From an uncultured Muribaculaceae bacterium (lineage in GTDB: Bacteria; Pseudomonadota; Alphaproteobacteria; Rs-D84), in NCBI GenBank assembly GCA_964371145.1, contig CAYJKO010000002.1, positions 90,899 through 109,453 on the forward strand: a stretch of 18,555 nucleotides of DNA. Direction: 5' to 3'. Made by a program: the position numbers and the translations under genes. The notes beneath the pieces are model-generated. The model ran no database searches and was not told the DNA's origin. It saw only the letters and a list, made by a program, of their open reading frames with translations. This document shows positions 5,485 to 14,593 of the stretch, piece after piece. Position 1 is the first letter of the stretch. Each line of letters starts with the position of its first letter.

Positions 5485-7242
5485 ATGAATATTGTAAATT
5501 CTTCTTTTTTATGTCTGGATATAAATTCTGACAATGTTGGTGGTATTGCTCATTACATTCGTGACGGCCGTATTATTAAATCCGTTTTACATATGGCAAA
5601 CGTAGAAAACAATGATGTTACATACGCAATAAAAACTGTTCTGGAAGAATTGGATTCAAAAACCGGAATCAGATTCGACACTGCATATATTACAGGTGAA
5701 TTTGGTCAATCTTTTTTTAACGTAAATCTTGTAACTTGTCGTTGGGACAAAAACCATTTGGTTAATAACGCGGATATGTTGGCCGAGATAAAAAAAATAG
5801 AAAACCACCCAGAATTGTGTTTGTTCCATATAATACCGTCCGGTTATACGGATGGCTTGTCCGGCATAGAAAGCACACCTGTTGGAAAAAAATGCAAAAT
5901 ATTAAAATCCAGATTTAATGTAATCAGATATCAAAAAAATGATATAGAAAACATTATATCTATGTTAAAAAAAACATACATACATGCAAAAAGTTTCCAA
6001 GACAAAGCATTTTTAATCAGCACAAAATACAGCCGTAAAAATGAAAATTCCTTGCAAATAGAAATGGGCGGGGATTTCACAACTGTTTCAATTTGGCGTT
6101 CTGGTTTTCCAGTTGTTTTCAAAAAAATACCGGCGGGACAAAATTCTATTGTTAAAAAAATTCAATCTGAATTAAATATTCCATATAACGAAGCGCGTGA
6201 TCTAAAAAATTCCAGCGCGGATATATTTACAAATTCCAGCGACAGTTTTAACATTATAAATCTGGCATATAAATACACAAAAGACGATATTAATTCTATT
6301 ATCATTCAAGAAATTTGGGATATATTAGAAACGATAAAAACTGTCGTTAATCCATTTACAGAAAAATATAGATTAAACAACATATACATTTATGGCACAG
6401 GATCAAATATTAAAAATTTGGATAAATATTTCGCAGAAGAATTTGACGCGCCCGCTACAATTTTAGAAGCGGACGAAGCGTTGCAATGTTTTTCAAAAAG
6501 ATTATTTTCAAATCCTGATAAAAAAGAAAAAACCAGCATATGGTTCGAAAACAAAATAACAGATAAAATTGCAAATTTATTTACAAAAAAAGAAACTTTT
6601 TTTAATCCGATATTCCCAAGCACGATGGCATTTGATGTAAACAACGAATGGACATATTCTCAATTTAAATCGGCCGACATATCTTGTGTTCATATTGATA
6701 TAACTGACGGTTTTTTTGTTAATACTATTTATGGAAATATTGATGATATAAAAACAATAAAAAAGAATTCAAATTTAAAAACTCAAGTCCACTTAATGAC
6801 TGAAACACCGGTCGTTTTGGGAAAACAAGCGATTAATGCAGGCGCAGATACCGTCATTTTATCAGCCGAAGCAATCGGTTCAAAAAATGCCATTTCTGAA
6901 TTAAAAAAGATTGGCGGACGTGTTGGATTGGCAATAAACCCGAACACATCGATACATGTATTAACAGACGTTATAAAACAATTGGACGATGTTTTAATTT
7001 TGGCGGTTGAACCCGGTATGGGCGGACAAACATTTAAACCGGACGTTTTATCCAAAGTAAAATCTTTGGTCGCCACCCGAGATAAATATAAATTGAATTT
7101 TAAAATAACGGTTGACGGTGGAATTAATGATACGGTCGCAAAATTATGTTGGGCGGCAGGCGCAGATTATTTGGTATCGGGTGCACATTTAAAATCTGCT
7201 CCAGATTTTCCATTGGCTGTTAATAATTTGTTAAAAAAATAA
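5485..7242 (+). CDS. ftsA-rpe: Fusion ORF: divergent FtsA-like actin-fold cell-division protein (aa 1-~373) joined in frame to ribulose-phosphate 3-epimerase Rpe (aa ~374-585)
   Basis: FtsA-like segments: FLCLDINSDNVGGIA, HIIPSGYTDGLSGIESTPVGK, IEMGGDFTTVSIWRSGFPVVFKKIPAGQNSIV, IYIYGTGSNIKNLDKYFAEEF, and an amphipathic helix IWFENKITDKIANLFTKK. Rpe segments: IFPSTMAFD, HIDITDG, VHLM, GLAINPNT, LILAVEPGMGGQTF, ITVDGGIN, GADYLVSG. No stop and no ATG lie between the two parts. Confidence 0.8.
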   Translation: MNIVNSSFLCLDINSDNVGGIAHYIRDGRIIKSVLHMANVENNDVTYAIKTVLEELDSKTGIRFDTAYITGEFGQSFFNVNLVTCRWDKNHLVNNADMLAEIKKIENHPELCLFHIIPSGYTDGLSGIESTPVGKKCKILKSRFNVIRYQKNDIENIISMLKKTYIHAKSFQDKAFLISTKYSRKNENSLQIEMGGDFTTVSIWRSGFPVVFKKIPAGQNSIVKKIQSELNIPYNEARDLKNSSADIFTNSSDSFNIINLAYKYTKDDINSIIIQEIWDILETIKTVVNPFTEKYRLNNIYIYGTGSNIKNLDKYFAEEFDAPATILEADEALQCFSKRLFSNPDKKEKTSIWFENKITDKIANLFTKKETFFNPIFPSTMAFDVNNEWTYSQFKSADISCVHIDITDGFFVNTIYGNIDDIKTIKKNSNLKTQVHLMTETPVVLGKQAINAGADTVILSAEAIGSKNAISELKKIGGRVGLAINPNTSIHVLTDVIKQLDDVLILAVEPGMGGQTFKPDVLSKVKSLVATRDKYKLNFKITVDGGINDTVAKLCWAAGADYLVSGAHLKSAPDFPLAVNNLLKK

Positions 7243-7244
7243 AT

Positions 7245-7640
7245 TCATTTGATTGTTATTTTTCGTCCCAATCCATATTCTTCGATATATAAATGAATTG
7301 TATTTTTTGGTAATTTATTCATTGCGATTTCTGGCCATTCTATTAATGTTATATCATTTTCAATAGAATGCATTAAACCCACCTCTTCCAATTCGGACGG
7401 ATCATTTATTCTGTATAAATCGAAATGAGATATTCCATCATAATTCTGAACGATGGTAAAAGTCGGACTGGGCACAACCGTATCATCCCCGCGCAAAGTT
7501 TTTATAATTGTACGCGCGATTTCAGATTTCCCCATACCCAAATTACCATGCAAAGCAACGGTTGTTGGCGCAGTCAAAGTTTTCGCAAAATCTTTTGCGA
7601 ATTGTTTTGTTTCATTTAAATCTTTTAATGTTTTTTCCAT
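7245..7640 (-). CDS. tsaE: tRNA threonylcarbamoyladenosine (t6A) biosynthesis ATPase TsaE
   Basis: P-loop LHGNLGMGKSEIAR, then SPTFTIVQNY...HFDLYRINDPSELEEVG...LIEWPE. Its start lies 4 nt after the uvrB stop. Confidence 0.9.
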   Translation of the reverse strand: MEKTLKDLNETKQFAKDFAKTLTAPTTVALHGNLGMGKSEIARTIIKTLRGDDTVVPSPTFTIVQNYDGISHFDLYRINDPSELEEVGLMHSIENDITLIEWPEIAMNKLPKNTIHLYIEEYGLGRKITIK

Positions 7641-7644
7641 ATGC

Positions 7645-9657
7645 CTACTCCAACAATAATAAATCTTCTTCCATTCTGCGGATTAAATCACGCGCTGTTC
7701 CTGCTTCTTCAAACTCTAAATTTTCGGCATGCTTTTTCATCTTTGCGGTCAAGACTTTTATTTCTTTGCGCAATGATGATGCATCCATAACACCCATATT
7801 TTTAGAATACACGAATTTTTTATTTTTATCGGTTTTTTCTTCTCTGTCCCCGACTTCTGCGAACACGGATTTGGAAACCGTTTTTGGTGTTATACCATGT
7901 TCTTTATTATATTCTTCTTGTTTTTGACGACGGCGCGACGTTTCGTCCAATGCCGCACGCATAGAATCTGTTATTTTATCAGCGTATAAAATTACGCGTC
8001 CATTTTCATTACGTGCCGCGCGTCCAATTGTTTGTATTAAAGAACGAGTCGAACGTAAAAAACCTTCTTTATCCGCATCCATAATTGCAACCAATTCACA
8101 TTCTGGAACATCTAATCCTTCGCGTAATAAATTAATACCAACCAATACGTCGTATTCACCCAAACGCAACGAACGCAATAATTCTATACGTTCCAAAGTT
8201 TCAATATCGGAATGCAAATATCGTGCGCGCACCCCGTTTTCTTGCAAATAATCTGTTAATTGTTCCGCCATTTTTTTGGTCAAAGTCGTAACCAAAACAC
8301 GTCCCGGCAAAACAGATTTTACCTGGCTCAACAAATCGTCGACTTGATTTTTTGTTGGATGGATATCACATATCGGATCTAACAATCCTGTCGGACGAAT
8401 TACTTGTTCTGCGACAATACCATTTGCTTGTTCTAATTCCCAAGCGGCGGGCGTTGCAGACACAAAAACTGTTTGCGGGCGGAACCCATCCCATTCATCA
8501 AAAGTCAACGGACGATTATCGATACAAGACGGCAATCTGAAACCGTATTTAGATAAATTTTCTTTACGCGCCCTGTCTCCTCGGGACATAGCACCAATTT
8601 GCGGAACGGTTACATGGCTTTCGTCTATGAATAACAAAGCGTCGCGCGGCAAATATTCAAACAAAGTCGGCGGCGGTTGCCCCGGCAATCTGCCGGACAA
8701 ATATCTGGAATAATTTTCAATACCACGACACGTTCCTGTTTGTTCCATCATTTCTATATCAAAATTTGTGCGTTCGCGTAATCTTTGTTCTTCGACATAT
8801 TTCATATTTTCATGAAAATATTTTAAACGCGTCGACAAATCTTCTTTTATCTGTCCGATTGCTTGAATAATAGACGGCATAGGCGTCGCGTAATGAGTAT
8901 TAGGATACACAGACACCCCGTCCAAAGTTCGCGTTCTTTGCCCCGTTAAAGTATCAAATTCAAATATTTGTTCTATTTCATCTCCGAAAAAAGAAATCTT
9001 CCAACCGCGATCTTGGGAATGAGATGGGAATATATCTAAAAAATCACCGCGAACTCTAAATTCTCCACGATCAAAACCGACATCATTTCGTTTATATTGT
9101 ATGTCGACTAAATTTTTTATGACTTCTTTTATGGAAATTTTGTCCCCTGTATTTAAAACCAATTTCATACCGCCATATTGTTCAGGCGACCCCATACCAT
9201 AAATCGAAGACACCGACGATATCACAATAACATCTTTTTCTTCCAACATAGCCCGCGTTGCAGAATGTCGCATACGATCCAATTGTTCATTTATGGATGC
9301 ATCTTTATCTATATACGTATCGGTGGTCGGAACATAAGCCTCTGGCTGATAATAATCGTAATAAGACACAAAATATTCAACGTGATTATTTGGAAAAAAA
9401 GATTTCATTTCTGTATATAATTGCGCCGCCAAAATTTTATTCGGCGCCATAATCAAAGCCGGTCTTCCCAAATCTGCAATAACGTTCGCCATGGTAAAAG
9501 TTTTACCCGACCCCGTCACACCCAATAATACTTGGGATTTGTTTCCGTTTTCTATACCCGATTTTAATTCAGCAATTGCCCCGGGTTGATCACCCATGGG
9601 TTTATAATTTGATACAAGATTAAATATTTTTTTATTCACACAATTAATATAATTCAT
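7645..9657 (-). CDS. uvrB: Excinuclease ABC subunit B (UvrB)
   Basis: [11 protein letters not shown], Walker [14 protein letters not shown] box (FIDESHVT), helicase motifs [13 protein letters not shown] and [13 protein letters not shown], and a C-terminal UVR domain ([20 protein letters not shown]). Confidence 0.98.
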   Translation of the reverse strand: MNYINCVNKKIFNLVSNYKPMGDQPGAIAELKSGIENGNKSQVLLGVTGSGKTFTMANVIADLGRPALIMAPNKILAAQLYTEMKSFFPNNHVEYFVSYYDYYQPEAYVPTTDTYIDKDASINEQLDRMRHSATRAMLEEKDVIVISSVSSIYGMGSPEQYGGMKLVLNTGDKISIKEVIKNLVDIQYKRNDVGFDRGEFRVRGDFLDIFPSHSQDRGWKISFFGDEIEQIFEFDTLTGQRTRTLDGVSVYPNTHYATPMPSIIQAIGQIKEDLSTRLKYFHENMKYVEEQRLRERTNFDIEMMEQTGTCRGIENYSRYLSGRLPGQPPPTLFEYLPRDALLFIDESHVTVPQIGAMSRGDRARKENLSKYGFRLPSCIDNRPLTFDEWDGFRPQTVFVSATPAAWELEQANGIVAEQVIRPTGLLDPICDIHPTKNQVDDLLSQVKSVLPGRVLVTTLTKKMAEQLTDYLQENGVRARYLHSDIETLERIELLRSLRLGEYDVLVGINLLREGLDVPECELVAIMDADKEGFLRSTRSLIQTIGRAARNENGRVILYADKITDSMRAALDETSRRRQKQEEYNKEHGITPKTVSKSVFAEVGDREEKTDKNKKFVYSKNMGVMDASSLRKEIKVLTAKMKKHAENLEFEEAGTARDLIRRMEEDLLLLE

Positions 9658-9663
9658 TATAAT
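9635..9663 (+). promoter_or_regulatory. Putative promoter for the AsmA-family gene, overlapping the uvrB start codon
   Basis: TTCACA (9635-9640), a 17-nt spacer, TATAAT (9658-9663). The spacer contains the uvrB ATG (9655-9657 on the minus strand). SD AAGAGAG precedes the ATG at 9693. Confidence 0.4.
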
Positions 9664-9692
9664 AAAATTACAAGGATGAAAAAGAGAGAATT

Positions 9693-12158
9693 ATGAAACA
9701 TAAAATATTATGGTCGTTTGTCGGTTTATTCACAGTCGCAGGACTGGCAACAGTTATCATTCCCCCATTTGTTAATATAAACGAATTAAAACAGGACATA
9801 GAAAAAGCTATACAAAAACAAACGGGTGATGCTACGAAAATTTTGGGCGACATAAATTTTTCTTTAATCGGTGGCGCACAAATTGTTGCTAACAACGTAC
9901 AATTAGAAAACGGTTCTATTGAACGAATTAAATTTAATATTCCTTTTTCTAAATTATTCGATCTATCCGCTATTTCTTTAACAGACGACGTTACCATTTA
10001 CGGGGCGAATTTAAAAATCACAAATTTAATACCTCCTGAAACAAACAACGTTTTAAACATAAAAAATTCAACATTTGATTTTCGTGGGCAAAAATTTGAA
10101 TTAACAGATACAGAATTAAATGACAATATTTTATCCGGCACAATTAAAACAAATAACGAAGATTATTATATGGTCTTTGACGGGTCAAAATTTAATATCA
10201 AAAACGATGATTATAATATGATATTAAATGGAATTTTAAATCCGGACGGATCAGCCACCGGTTCTCTATTTTTAAACACAAATAAAATAAATGATTTCTT
10301 CAAATTTGAAAATCCTAGAATCAGAAATGATATTTCTGTCAGCGCTAAATTTTATTGGGATGGCGCGCACGGCATTCAATATACAGACATTATTGGATCA
10401 GACATAACCGGTGATGTAAAAACATACAACAATAATCGCCGTGATATAAACTTAATCGCTGAAAACAAAGTCGTTGATTTATCATTCTTAATGACAAAGC
10501 CTGAATTAATATTCACATCCAACATAAACATAGAATTATTCGGTCAAATAAAATTTGGTAAAGATATTTTTGAATATGTAAAAATAAACACTGTTGGCGA
10601 AAACGATAAAATTATCATAAAAGAAATAATTGCGGACGATATTAAAATATCAGGTGGGATTATTACAAAAAACGAATTTGAAAATTTATCTGCAAGCTTT
10701 TTATTAAACAATGAACAAACGTTTTGCCTGTTGTCTGGTAATAAAACAAATTGGACATGCAATGATTTTAAACAAGGCGACATATCAGGCACAATTATAA
10801 AAGCAGATAATTCATTTAACATAAAAATTAAATCGAACGGTAAAATGATAGAAAACACCGGCTTTTATAAACAATTTTTGCAAATTGCAAATAACGGGGA
10901 AATATATTTTGATTTTTCTGACGCCAGCGGAACTGTGGATATAATAGACGGTCGCCCGTACCCTATATATAATTTTATTAAACATAAAAATTTAAATTGG
11001 CTGGATTTAGATTTATATTTTTTATCGGACAAAATGAAGACTGAAATCGGAGATTTGAAATCTGATAAAGATACAATTTATTTCACTGCGAAAGCCAGTT
11101 CTTGGAAATTTAAATTTTCACCGAAAAACAACGAATTTAAAATATCGGGATTATCTATTAAACAATTGTTACCAACAGATATAAATTTATCAGCGTTTAA
11201 CGACAAATCATTTATAATTTCAGGCAAAGTTTATGGCGCAAATATTTATGATTTAAACATTCAAATCGGCGACCATATTTTCAAAGGGAATGCGGTAAAA
11301 AACAACATACAATTATCTGGTGACGTTTTGAACATTGATAATCTTTTATCGAAAAATTACATTGAAAATTATGATGAATTTCAATTTTTAAACCAAGCCA
11401 GTTTTTTAATACCTTTTGATTTTGGTTTAAACATCAGTTTGTCTGCAAATAAATTAATTTATAACGGGGAAACGTTTTCTAATTTTTTATATTCATTAAA
11501 TGACAATGAACAATCTTTTTCAATTGATGATGAATATGCGGGCGATTTATTGACAACAATAACAGACAACAAAACCGATTATGATATATTAATAGAATTA
11601 AATAATTTCGTAACGCGTAACAAATTATTGAACGACCAATCCCCTATTAACATTGAAAACACAACCATCACAGGCCAAGCAAAGTTGAATACATCGGGCA
11701 AAATTGCAGCGGATATTTGGTATAATTTAAAAGGTAACATGGACATTGTTTTTAACGGCGGCAATTTAATCGGATTGGGTATCGATAAATTTTATCAAGA
11801 ATACGAATATATCAATCGTATGAACGCGGAATACGCCATTGCAACAGCATTGGAAACAGGCACAACAAAATTAAAATATTTACGTTTAATCGGAGAATAC
11901 AATAACGGTGATTTTATATCTACAAAACCATTTGAATTATCTATGAACAACAGTCAAGCGAATGGTATTTTAAAAATAATTGATGGTGTTATAGATTTAG
12001 ATTTATCAATTATATTACGTGGGATATCTATGACAGAATCACCGATAAATTTAAACATAGAAAATAACAAAAATCGCAAATATTCTTTATCTGAAATAAT
12101 GGTGATTTTTGACCCGTATTATTTCAAAGATTTTGTTGCAAAGCATAATAAATTTTAG
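9693..12158 (+). CDS. AsmA-family protein (N-terminally anchored envelope/outer-membrane biogenesis protein)
   Basis: N-terminal TM followed by the typical AsmA start (IIPPFVNINELKQDIEKAIQKQTGDATKILGDINFSLIGGAQIVANNVQLENG). Long beta-rich N/K/I-rich body. AsmA_2-like C-terminus (GNMDIVFNGGNLIGLGIDKF...ANGILKIIDGVIDLDLSI). Confidence 0.8.
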   Translation: MKHKILWSFVGLFTVAGLATVIIPPFVNINELKQDIEKAIQKQTGDATKILGDINFSLIGGAQIVANNVQLENGSIERIKFNIPFSKLFDLSAISLTDDVTIYGANLKITNLIPPETNNVLNIKNSTFDFRGQKFELTDTELNDNILSGTIKTNNEDYYMVFDGSKFNIKNDDYNMILNGILNPDGSATGSLFLNTNKINDFFKFENPRIRNDISVSAKFYWDGAHGIQYTDIIGSDITGDVKTYNNNRRDINLIAENKVVDLSFLMTKPELIFTSNINIELFGQIKFGKDIFEYVKINTVGENDKIIIKEIIADDIKISGGIITKNEFENLSASFLLNNEQTFCLLSGNKTNWTCNDFKQGDISGTIIKADNSFNIKIKSNGKMIENTGFYKQFLQIANNGEIYFDFSDASGTVDIIDGRPYPIYNFIKHKNLNWLDLDLYFLSDKMKTEIGDLKSDKDTIYFTAKASSWKFKFSPKNNEFKISGLSIKQLLPTDINLSAFNDKSFIISGKVYGANIYDLNIQIGDHIFKGNAVKNNIQLSGDVLNIDNLLSKNYIENYDEFQFLNQASFLIPFDFGLNISLSANKLIYNGETFSNFLYSLNDNEQSFSIDDEYAGDLLTTITDNKTDYDILIELNNFVTRNKLLNDQSPINIENTTITGQAKLNTSGKIAADIWYNLKGNMDIVFNGGNLIGLGIDKFYQEYEYINRMNAEYAIATALETGTTKLKYLRLIGEYNNGDFISTKPFELSMNNSQANGILKIIDGVIDLDLSIILRGISMTESPINLNIENNKNRKYSLSEIMVIFDPYYFKDFVAKHNKF

Positions 12159-12468
12159 AACGACGAATCCCAACTGCAATTAAATTATCTGGCCCAATTA
12201 AATCGAATTTTGGGCCATACAATAAACGTTTAAAACCATCACCAACAGATTGATTATCATTGCACAAATATCTGGCAATTAATACATCGTCTATTTTAAT
12301 AAGACTGGAAAAATCATATTTACGACCACGCAGTCGCAATACATAAATTTGATATGCGCTTAAATTCATATTTTTTGACACGATATCTATTCTTTGGTCA
12401 TAATCCATAATAATTGCTCTTTTTTTATAATTTATTACATTATAAAAATACATAACTTGCAATTCCAT
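12124..12468 (-). CDS. Hypothetical 114-aa protein (alternative start at 12408 gives 94 aa); doubtful
   Basis: ORF with no recognisable motif. Its 3' end overlaps the asmA-like 3' end by 35 nt. It lies downstream of the aspS terminator. A weak SD (AAGAG) precedes the internal ATG at 12408. Confidence 0.3.
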   Translation of the reverse strand: MELQVMYFYNVINYKKRAIIMDYDQRIDIVSKNMNLSAYQIYVLRLRGRKYDFSSLIKIDDVLIARYLCNDNQSVGDGFKRLLYGPKFDLIGPDNLIAVGIRRSKIYYALQQNL

Positions 12469-12486
12469 AAGCTTGTTTTCTCAAAG

Positions 12487-12509
12487 AAAAAACCGGCAAA
12501 AAGCCGGCG
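12487..12509 (-). terminator. Intrinsic terminator of aspS
   Basis: Minus strand has CCGGC-TTTTT-GCCGG followed by T6, about 20 nt after the aspS stop. Confidence 0.75.
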
Positions 12510-12529
12510 TTTTTCCTATTTTTGAAACA

Positions 12530-14287
12530 TTACATTTTTTTACGAACCGTAATATGAACGTCACGTAATTGTTGTTCTGTAACATTGCTTGGTGCGCCCA
12601 ACATCAAATCCATACCCTTTTGATTTGTTGGGAACAATACGACTTCACGCAGGTTGTTTGCATTACATAAAATTTGAATAATTCTATCCATTCCAAATGC
12701 GCATCCGCCGTGCGGTGGAACACCATATTGGAAAGCAGTATACATACCACCAAATTTTTCGCGAACGACGTCTTCTGAATATCCGGCAATTGCAAATGCT
12801 TTTACCATGGTTTCGGGATTATAGTTGCGCAATCCACCAGAACATATTTCAACACCATTCATAACCATATCAAATTGGTTTGCTTTGATATCCAACGGGT
12901 TGTCGTTATCCAGCGAGCCTTTTGGCAAAGAAAATGGATTATGGCCAAATTTCACACCACCTCTTTCTTCATCCATTTCATAGAATGGGAAATCTTCGAC
13001 CCAGCATAAAGCAATTTCATTTTCATCAATTAAACCCAAATCTGCGCCCAATTTTTCGCGTAATTTTCCAGCGGCTTTTGCGGCCGGCTCTGGCAGATCA
13101 CACACAAAGAACAAAGATGAATTATCCCCTGCAATTTCTTTTAATGCGTTTAATTTTTCAGCAGATATTTTTTTAGATACAGGACCTTTTGCCTCTTCGC
13201 CAAACACTACATAAGCCAATCCGCCCAACCCCAATTCTTTGGTTGCAAATTCACCCAATTTATCGAAAAACGATCTGGCTTTATCTGCGCTGTTTGGTGC
13301 TGGGATTGCACGAACAACAGAACCATTTTTAACAGCGTCCGCGAATATGGTAAATTCAGAATCACGGAAAATTTCAGACACATCTGTAATTTCAATCGGG
13401 TTACGTAAATCCGGCTTATCAGTTCCGTATTTCATCATAGCGTCATCAAATGCGATATGTGGAATTTCAGAACGTAATTTAAAGCTTGGTGCAAATTCAT
13501 TAATCAAAGCAGGCATCAATTCGTCACCAACAGTTTGAATATCTTTTAAATCAACAAAAGACATTTCCAAATCCAATTGATAAAATTCCAACAATCTGTC
13601 TGATCGTAAATCTTCGTCGCGGAAACATGGTGCAATTTGAAAATATCTGTCGAACCCTGCTACTTGGATCAATTGTTTAAATTGTTGTGGCGCTTGTGGC
13701 AAACAATAAAACATACCGTGGTGAATACGGCTTGGCACCAAAAAGTCACGCGCCCCCTCTGGTGAGCTGGCAGTCAATACGGGCGTTTGAAATTCTGAAA
13801 AACCCATATCCCACATTTTATCACGAGCAAATTTCATAAATTTATTTCTGAACAAAATATTGTCATGCAAAGACGCACGACGCAAATCGATATATCTGTA
13901 TTTTAAACGTAATTCTTCGGACACAGATCCGTCGTCTCCGAAAACTTGGAACGGTAATTGATCTGCATTTGTTAATACTTCGAATCCTTGTACGGCAACT
14001 TCTATCTCGCCTGTTGATATTTTATCATTGATGGCCGCCGCATCACGAGCTACAACCGAGCCGGATATTTTAATAACGGATTCTGGATGAATTTTTTCTA
14101 TATCAATATCCCCACCGTCGAAAACGATTTGAGTCATTCCATAATTATCACGCAAATCTATAAACAATAAAGATCCGTGATCACGTTTACGATGAACCCA
14201 ACCAGATAAAGTGACAGATTCACCAATATTTTTTGAATTTAATTCACCGCAAGTATGACTGCGATATTTTGATTTTAAAGACAGCAT
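12530..14287 (-). CDS. aspS: Aspartate--tRNA ligase (AspS), bacterial type
   Basis: RSHTCGEL N-terminus, OB anticodon-binding domain, class II motifs (FRDEDLRSDR; GGLRNYNPE; GGCAFGMDRI), and a bacterial insertion domain. I prefer the ATG at 14287 (SD AAGGTG 6 nt upstream). The six-frame track starts at the GTG at 14296. Confidence 0.97.
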   Translation of the reverse strand: MLSLKSKYRSHTCGELNSKNIGESVTLSGWVHRKRDHGSLLFIDLRDNYGMTQIVFDGGDIDIEKIHPESVIKISGSVVARDAAAINDKISTGEIEVAVQGFEVLTNADQLPFQVFGDDGSVSEELRLKYRYIDLRRASLHDNILFRNKFMKFARDKMWDMGFSEFQTPVLTASSPEGARDFLVPSRIHHGMFYCLPQAPQQFKQLIQVAGFDRYFQIAPCFRDEDLRSDRLLEFYQLDLEMSFVDLKDIQTVGDELMPALINEFAPSFKLRSEIPHIAFDDAMMKYGTDKPDLRNPIEITDVSEIFRDSEFTIFADAVKNGSVVRAIPAPNSADKARSFFDKLGEFATKELGLGGLAYVVFGEEAKGPVSKKISAEKLNALKEIAGDNSSLFFVCDLPEPAAKAAGKLREKLGADLGLIDENEIALCWVEDFPFYEMDEERGGVKFGHNPFSLPKGSLDNDNPLDIKANQFDMVMNGVEICSGGLRNYNPETMVKAFAIAGYSEDVVREKFGGMYTAFQYGVPPHGGCAFGMDRIIQILCNANNLREVVLFPTNQKGMDLMLGAPSNVTEQQLRDVHITVRKKM

Positions 14288-14478
14288 TATATACACCTTT
14301 TTTTGTATAATGTTTTTATCTTAATCGGCGTAAAAAAATTTGAAAAATTTGACACCGACCGTTTTAATGCATCAGGGGCGAATTATAAAATATAAACCGC
14401 GGTGCCACCCTGTTTTGTCTCTTTATATAAAACCGATTTTTTGCTCGGCGGTCGTTAATCGCGTCATAGAAAAAAATC

Positions 14479-14552
14479 TGGTGCCCCAAGCAAGAATCGG
14501 ACTTGCGACTCGTCCTTACCAAGGACGTGTTTTACCACTAGACTATTGGGGC
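14479..14552 (-). tRNA. tRNA-Thr (anticodon GGT), CCA encoded, non-canonical T-loop
   Basis: Minus strand folds as GCCCCAA-TA-GTCT-AGTGGTA-AAAC-A-CGTCC-TTGGTAA-GGACG-AGTC-GCAAG-TCCGATT-CTTGC-TTGGGGC-A-CCA (74 nt). The T-loop reads TCC rather than TTC, and there is a C12.A23 mismatch. Confidence 0.85.
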
Positions 14553-14564
14553 GATTATTTTTGT

Positions 14565-14592
14565 ATTATATACGGATTTTTATAAAAATCAA
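14565..14592 (-). promoter_or_regulatory. Sigma70-type promoter for tRNA-Thr
   Basis: Minus strand reads TTGATT (14592-14587), a 16-nt spacer, then TATAAT (14570-14565), 12 nt upstream of the tRNA 5' end. Confidence 0.5.
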
Positions 14593-14593
14593 A

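Noticed and set aside
5485-6603. Reading the FtsA-like domain as PilM, i.e. a pilus-assembly partner for the nearby secretin-like gene
   Set aside because: It follows a POTRA-containing FtsQ by 3 nt in the canonical ftsQ-ftsA order. It is on the opposite strand from the secretin-like operon. No pilNOP or pilin genes are present. A formal exclusion would need phylogeny.
9658-9760. LexA/SOS box upstream of uvrB
   Set aside because: I found no convincing CTGT-N8-ACAG or GTTC-N7-GTTC type palindrome by eye in the 100 nt upstream. I could not evaluate lineage-specific motifs.
1509-13538. Antisense ORFs nested inside large genes (for example 1509..1919, 2043..2291, 2938..3171, 3564..3923, 3999..4238, 5151..5402, 6783..7076, 7508..7927, 9178..9420, 9668..9997, 10544..10858, 13239..13538)
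   Set aside because: Each lies fully within a well-supported gene on the other strand. Their composition is low-complexity or unprotein-like, and they have no RBS. Such ORFs are expected by chance opposite AT-rich coding sequence.
14297-14478. The 180-nt aspS upstream region as a possible riboswitch, T-box or extra tRNA remnant (GGTGCCACCC at 14401-14410)
   Set aside because: There is no extended conserved-looking helices or specifier/T-box motif. The GGTGCCACCC segment lacks a TGG/CCA end or a T-arm. The region most simply holds the aspS promoter.
14340-14585. ORF 14340..14585 (+), 81 aa
   Set aside because: It spans tRNA-Thr and its promoter on the opposite strand, and has no RBS or recognisable motif.
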